Shown here piece by piece: positions 62,517-64,000 of a DNA stretch of 64,000 nt. How positions within the stretch are numbered: position 1 is the stretch's first letter; each line of letters opens with the position of its first letter. A program made the translations under genes and the position numbers. The notes under the pieces are model-generated. The model saw only the letters and a list, made by a program, of their open reading frames with translations. It made no database searches and was not told the origin of the DNA. This DNA comes from Albugo candida (taxonomy: Eukaryota): positions 372,001-436,000 of the forward strand of contig JBDOQK010000006.1 in assembly GCA_040437565.1 (NCBI GenBank), in the 5' to 3' direction.

Positions 62517-62660
62517 GGTTGGTATGAACTGTTATATAACATTATATCGACTGGGTGTCCACAACGTGTTGTAATATTTCACAATTCTATCATGCAATAT
62601 TGCGTTCGAAAGAGAAACTCTCAAGATCTTTTGATCATTCACGACTCAAAGTACAAGTTT

Positions 62661-63953
62661 ATGGAGAATTATGTGAGTGAAGAAACTATACGTCGTTTCT
62701 TACTTCGAGTCGGCTTTCGAGAATATACCGATCAAGTGGTAGCGTTAGTTCGGTCGTCCTTGCTTGCGTTTTTGAAAAAAGTAACACGGACCATACTCAT
62801 ACTTTCTAACCATTATAAATGTACAAGCATCCGATTGGTCGAAGTATTACAAGCATTAGACTTTCATCAAATCCGTCTTTATGGATTTGATGATGTTTGT
62901 GTTATTGATTGGCCACGAGGAAAGGAAACGATGCATATTACCGAGTTGGTCGAGCTAAAGACAATGCTCACGACACAATGCTGTGAGCCTGAAACGGAAT
63001 TGGGACCGGGAAGTTTTTATAACCGACCAGAATTTGTTAGTAATCTAAAAAGCTGGCCAGAGGATGAGGATGAGGATGAAGACGATGAAGAAAGTGAATG
63101 GTCGTGGACAAATAATACCTCCAGTGAGGACTCTGAAGATAGTGACGCGGAAATTGAGTCAGCTGATTCGGAAACAAGCCCTACTACTGACGGAATCACA
63201 CGGTGTAAGGATCAGAAGGAACGTTTGATGCAATCAATTGAAGCTGCTCAAATGAGATGCGACCAGGAATTGATATTACAGGCATCCGAAAGCTCTGTGG
63301 ATTATGAAGACACACCAATTGGACAGGGATACTTTTCCGATTACGACGATCAAAAACGTTCACAAAATTTAAGTGATTTCGAGGCTCATTTTGTAGAAGA
63401 AAGTTCCGGGTGGAAAATATCTGAAAACTCGAAAAAAATGGAAGACGAGTATGCCGAACGAATACTCAAATCGGAGAACGATCGCGTTGATGGAAATCAG
63501 TACCTGATGTCTCGTCAATGTTTCGCCGATCTGTTCAAAATGATATTGTGTCAGCACCGAACCGTTTCGTCAGCTGCACTTAGTGCCTTACACAACGCTA
63601 CCGAAGGCTACCTGCATCGCTGTCTGACAGAAGGACATTTGGGTGAGGAAATTAAATCCATTCTGCTCACAGATCAAGCCAAACATACAAGAAACATTGC
63701 GTCCATCCTACAGAATCAATTGGATGAAAAGAATGCCAAGGTAACTGAGCAAGAAGTCGTGATTGCGGAAATGAAATGTAAGCAAGAGGAATTACAAAAT
63801 CATATCTTACAGCTACAAAAATTGTTGTATGGGAAAGATGGTGGCAAAGAGAACGATAACCCCAACGCCGACTGCCGTTTCGATGGATCTAGTCTCGGTA
63901 AAACTCCTCCGTTACTTTCTTACAGACAAATACTAATACGTGGTGCGTTATGA
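62661..63953 (+). CDS. Histone-fold fusion protein: H4-like fold, acidic linker, partial H3-like fold, coiled coil
   Basis: VSEETIRRFLLRVG...FLKKVTRT...IRLYGF aligns with the H4 fold. LMSRQCFADLFKMIL..VSSAALSALHNATEGYL aligns with H3 alpha1-alpha2. ORF is open from 62592. Confidence 0.75.
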   Translation: MENYVSEETIRRFLLRVGFREYTDQVVALVRSSLLAFLKKVTRTILILSNHYKCTSIRLVEVLQALDFHQIRLYGFDDVCVIDWPRGKETMHITELVELKTMLTTQCCEPETELGPGSFYNRPEFVSNLKSWPEDEDEDEDDEESEWSWTNNTSSEDSEDSDAEIESADSETSPTTDGITRCKDQKERLMQSIEAAQMRCDQELILQASESSVDYEDTPIGQGYFSDYDDQKRSQNLSDFEAHFVEESSGWKISENSKKMEDEYAERILKSENDRVDGNQYLMSRQCFADLFKMILCQHRTVSSAALSALHNATEGYLHRCLTEGHLGEEIKSILLTDQAKHTRNIASILQNQLDEKNAKVTEQEVVIAEMKCKQEELQNHILQLQKLLYGKDGGKENDNPNADCRFDGSSLGKTPPLLSYRQILIRGAL

Positions 63954-64000
63954 ACAGGGAAACGAAAGAAGACTTTTGATCTGAAAAATACAAACGAAAT

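Overview
Gene-dense eukaryotic genomic DNA with short (~45-60 nt) GT-AG introns. Gene content and style suggest an oomycete, probably Albugo-like (inference). The scaffold has 14 gaps of 100 N; 12 are flanked by identical direct duplications that are assembly artefacts. About 23 protein genes are recognisable, including a LEKR1-like protein, a CDK9/12-class kinase, NUP155, ArfGAP-C2, B9D2, CPSF3, an FKBP, a nucleoplasmin-like (NPL) protein, a LARP7-like protein, a DnaJ, TERT, an epimerase, a metallophosphoesterase, two Stealth proteins, a PB1-LIR-UBA protein, a PH-SnoaL-C2-MAPK-WW kinase, a TSET TTRAY-like WD40 protein, MLH3 and a DASH Ask1-like protein. The 5' end of an LTR retrotransposon and a probable pseudogene are also present. 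Three signals stand out. (1) A tandem pair of paralogous 36/40-aa cationic, Trp-rich microproteins missed by the ORF track, with a clear synonymous-substitution signature. (2) An intronic three-hairpin H/ACA RNA whose 3' pocket matches LSU rRNA helix 69 in two registers. (3) A single ORF fusing an H4-like fold, an acidic linker and a partial H3-like fold.
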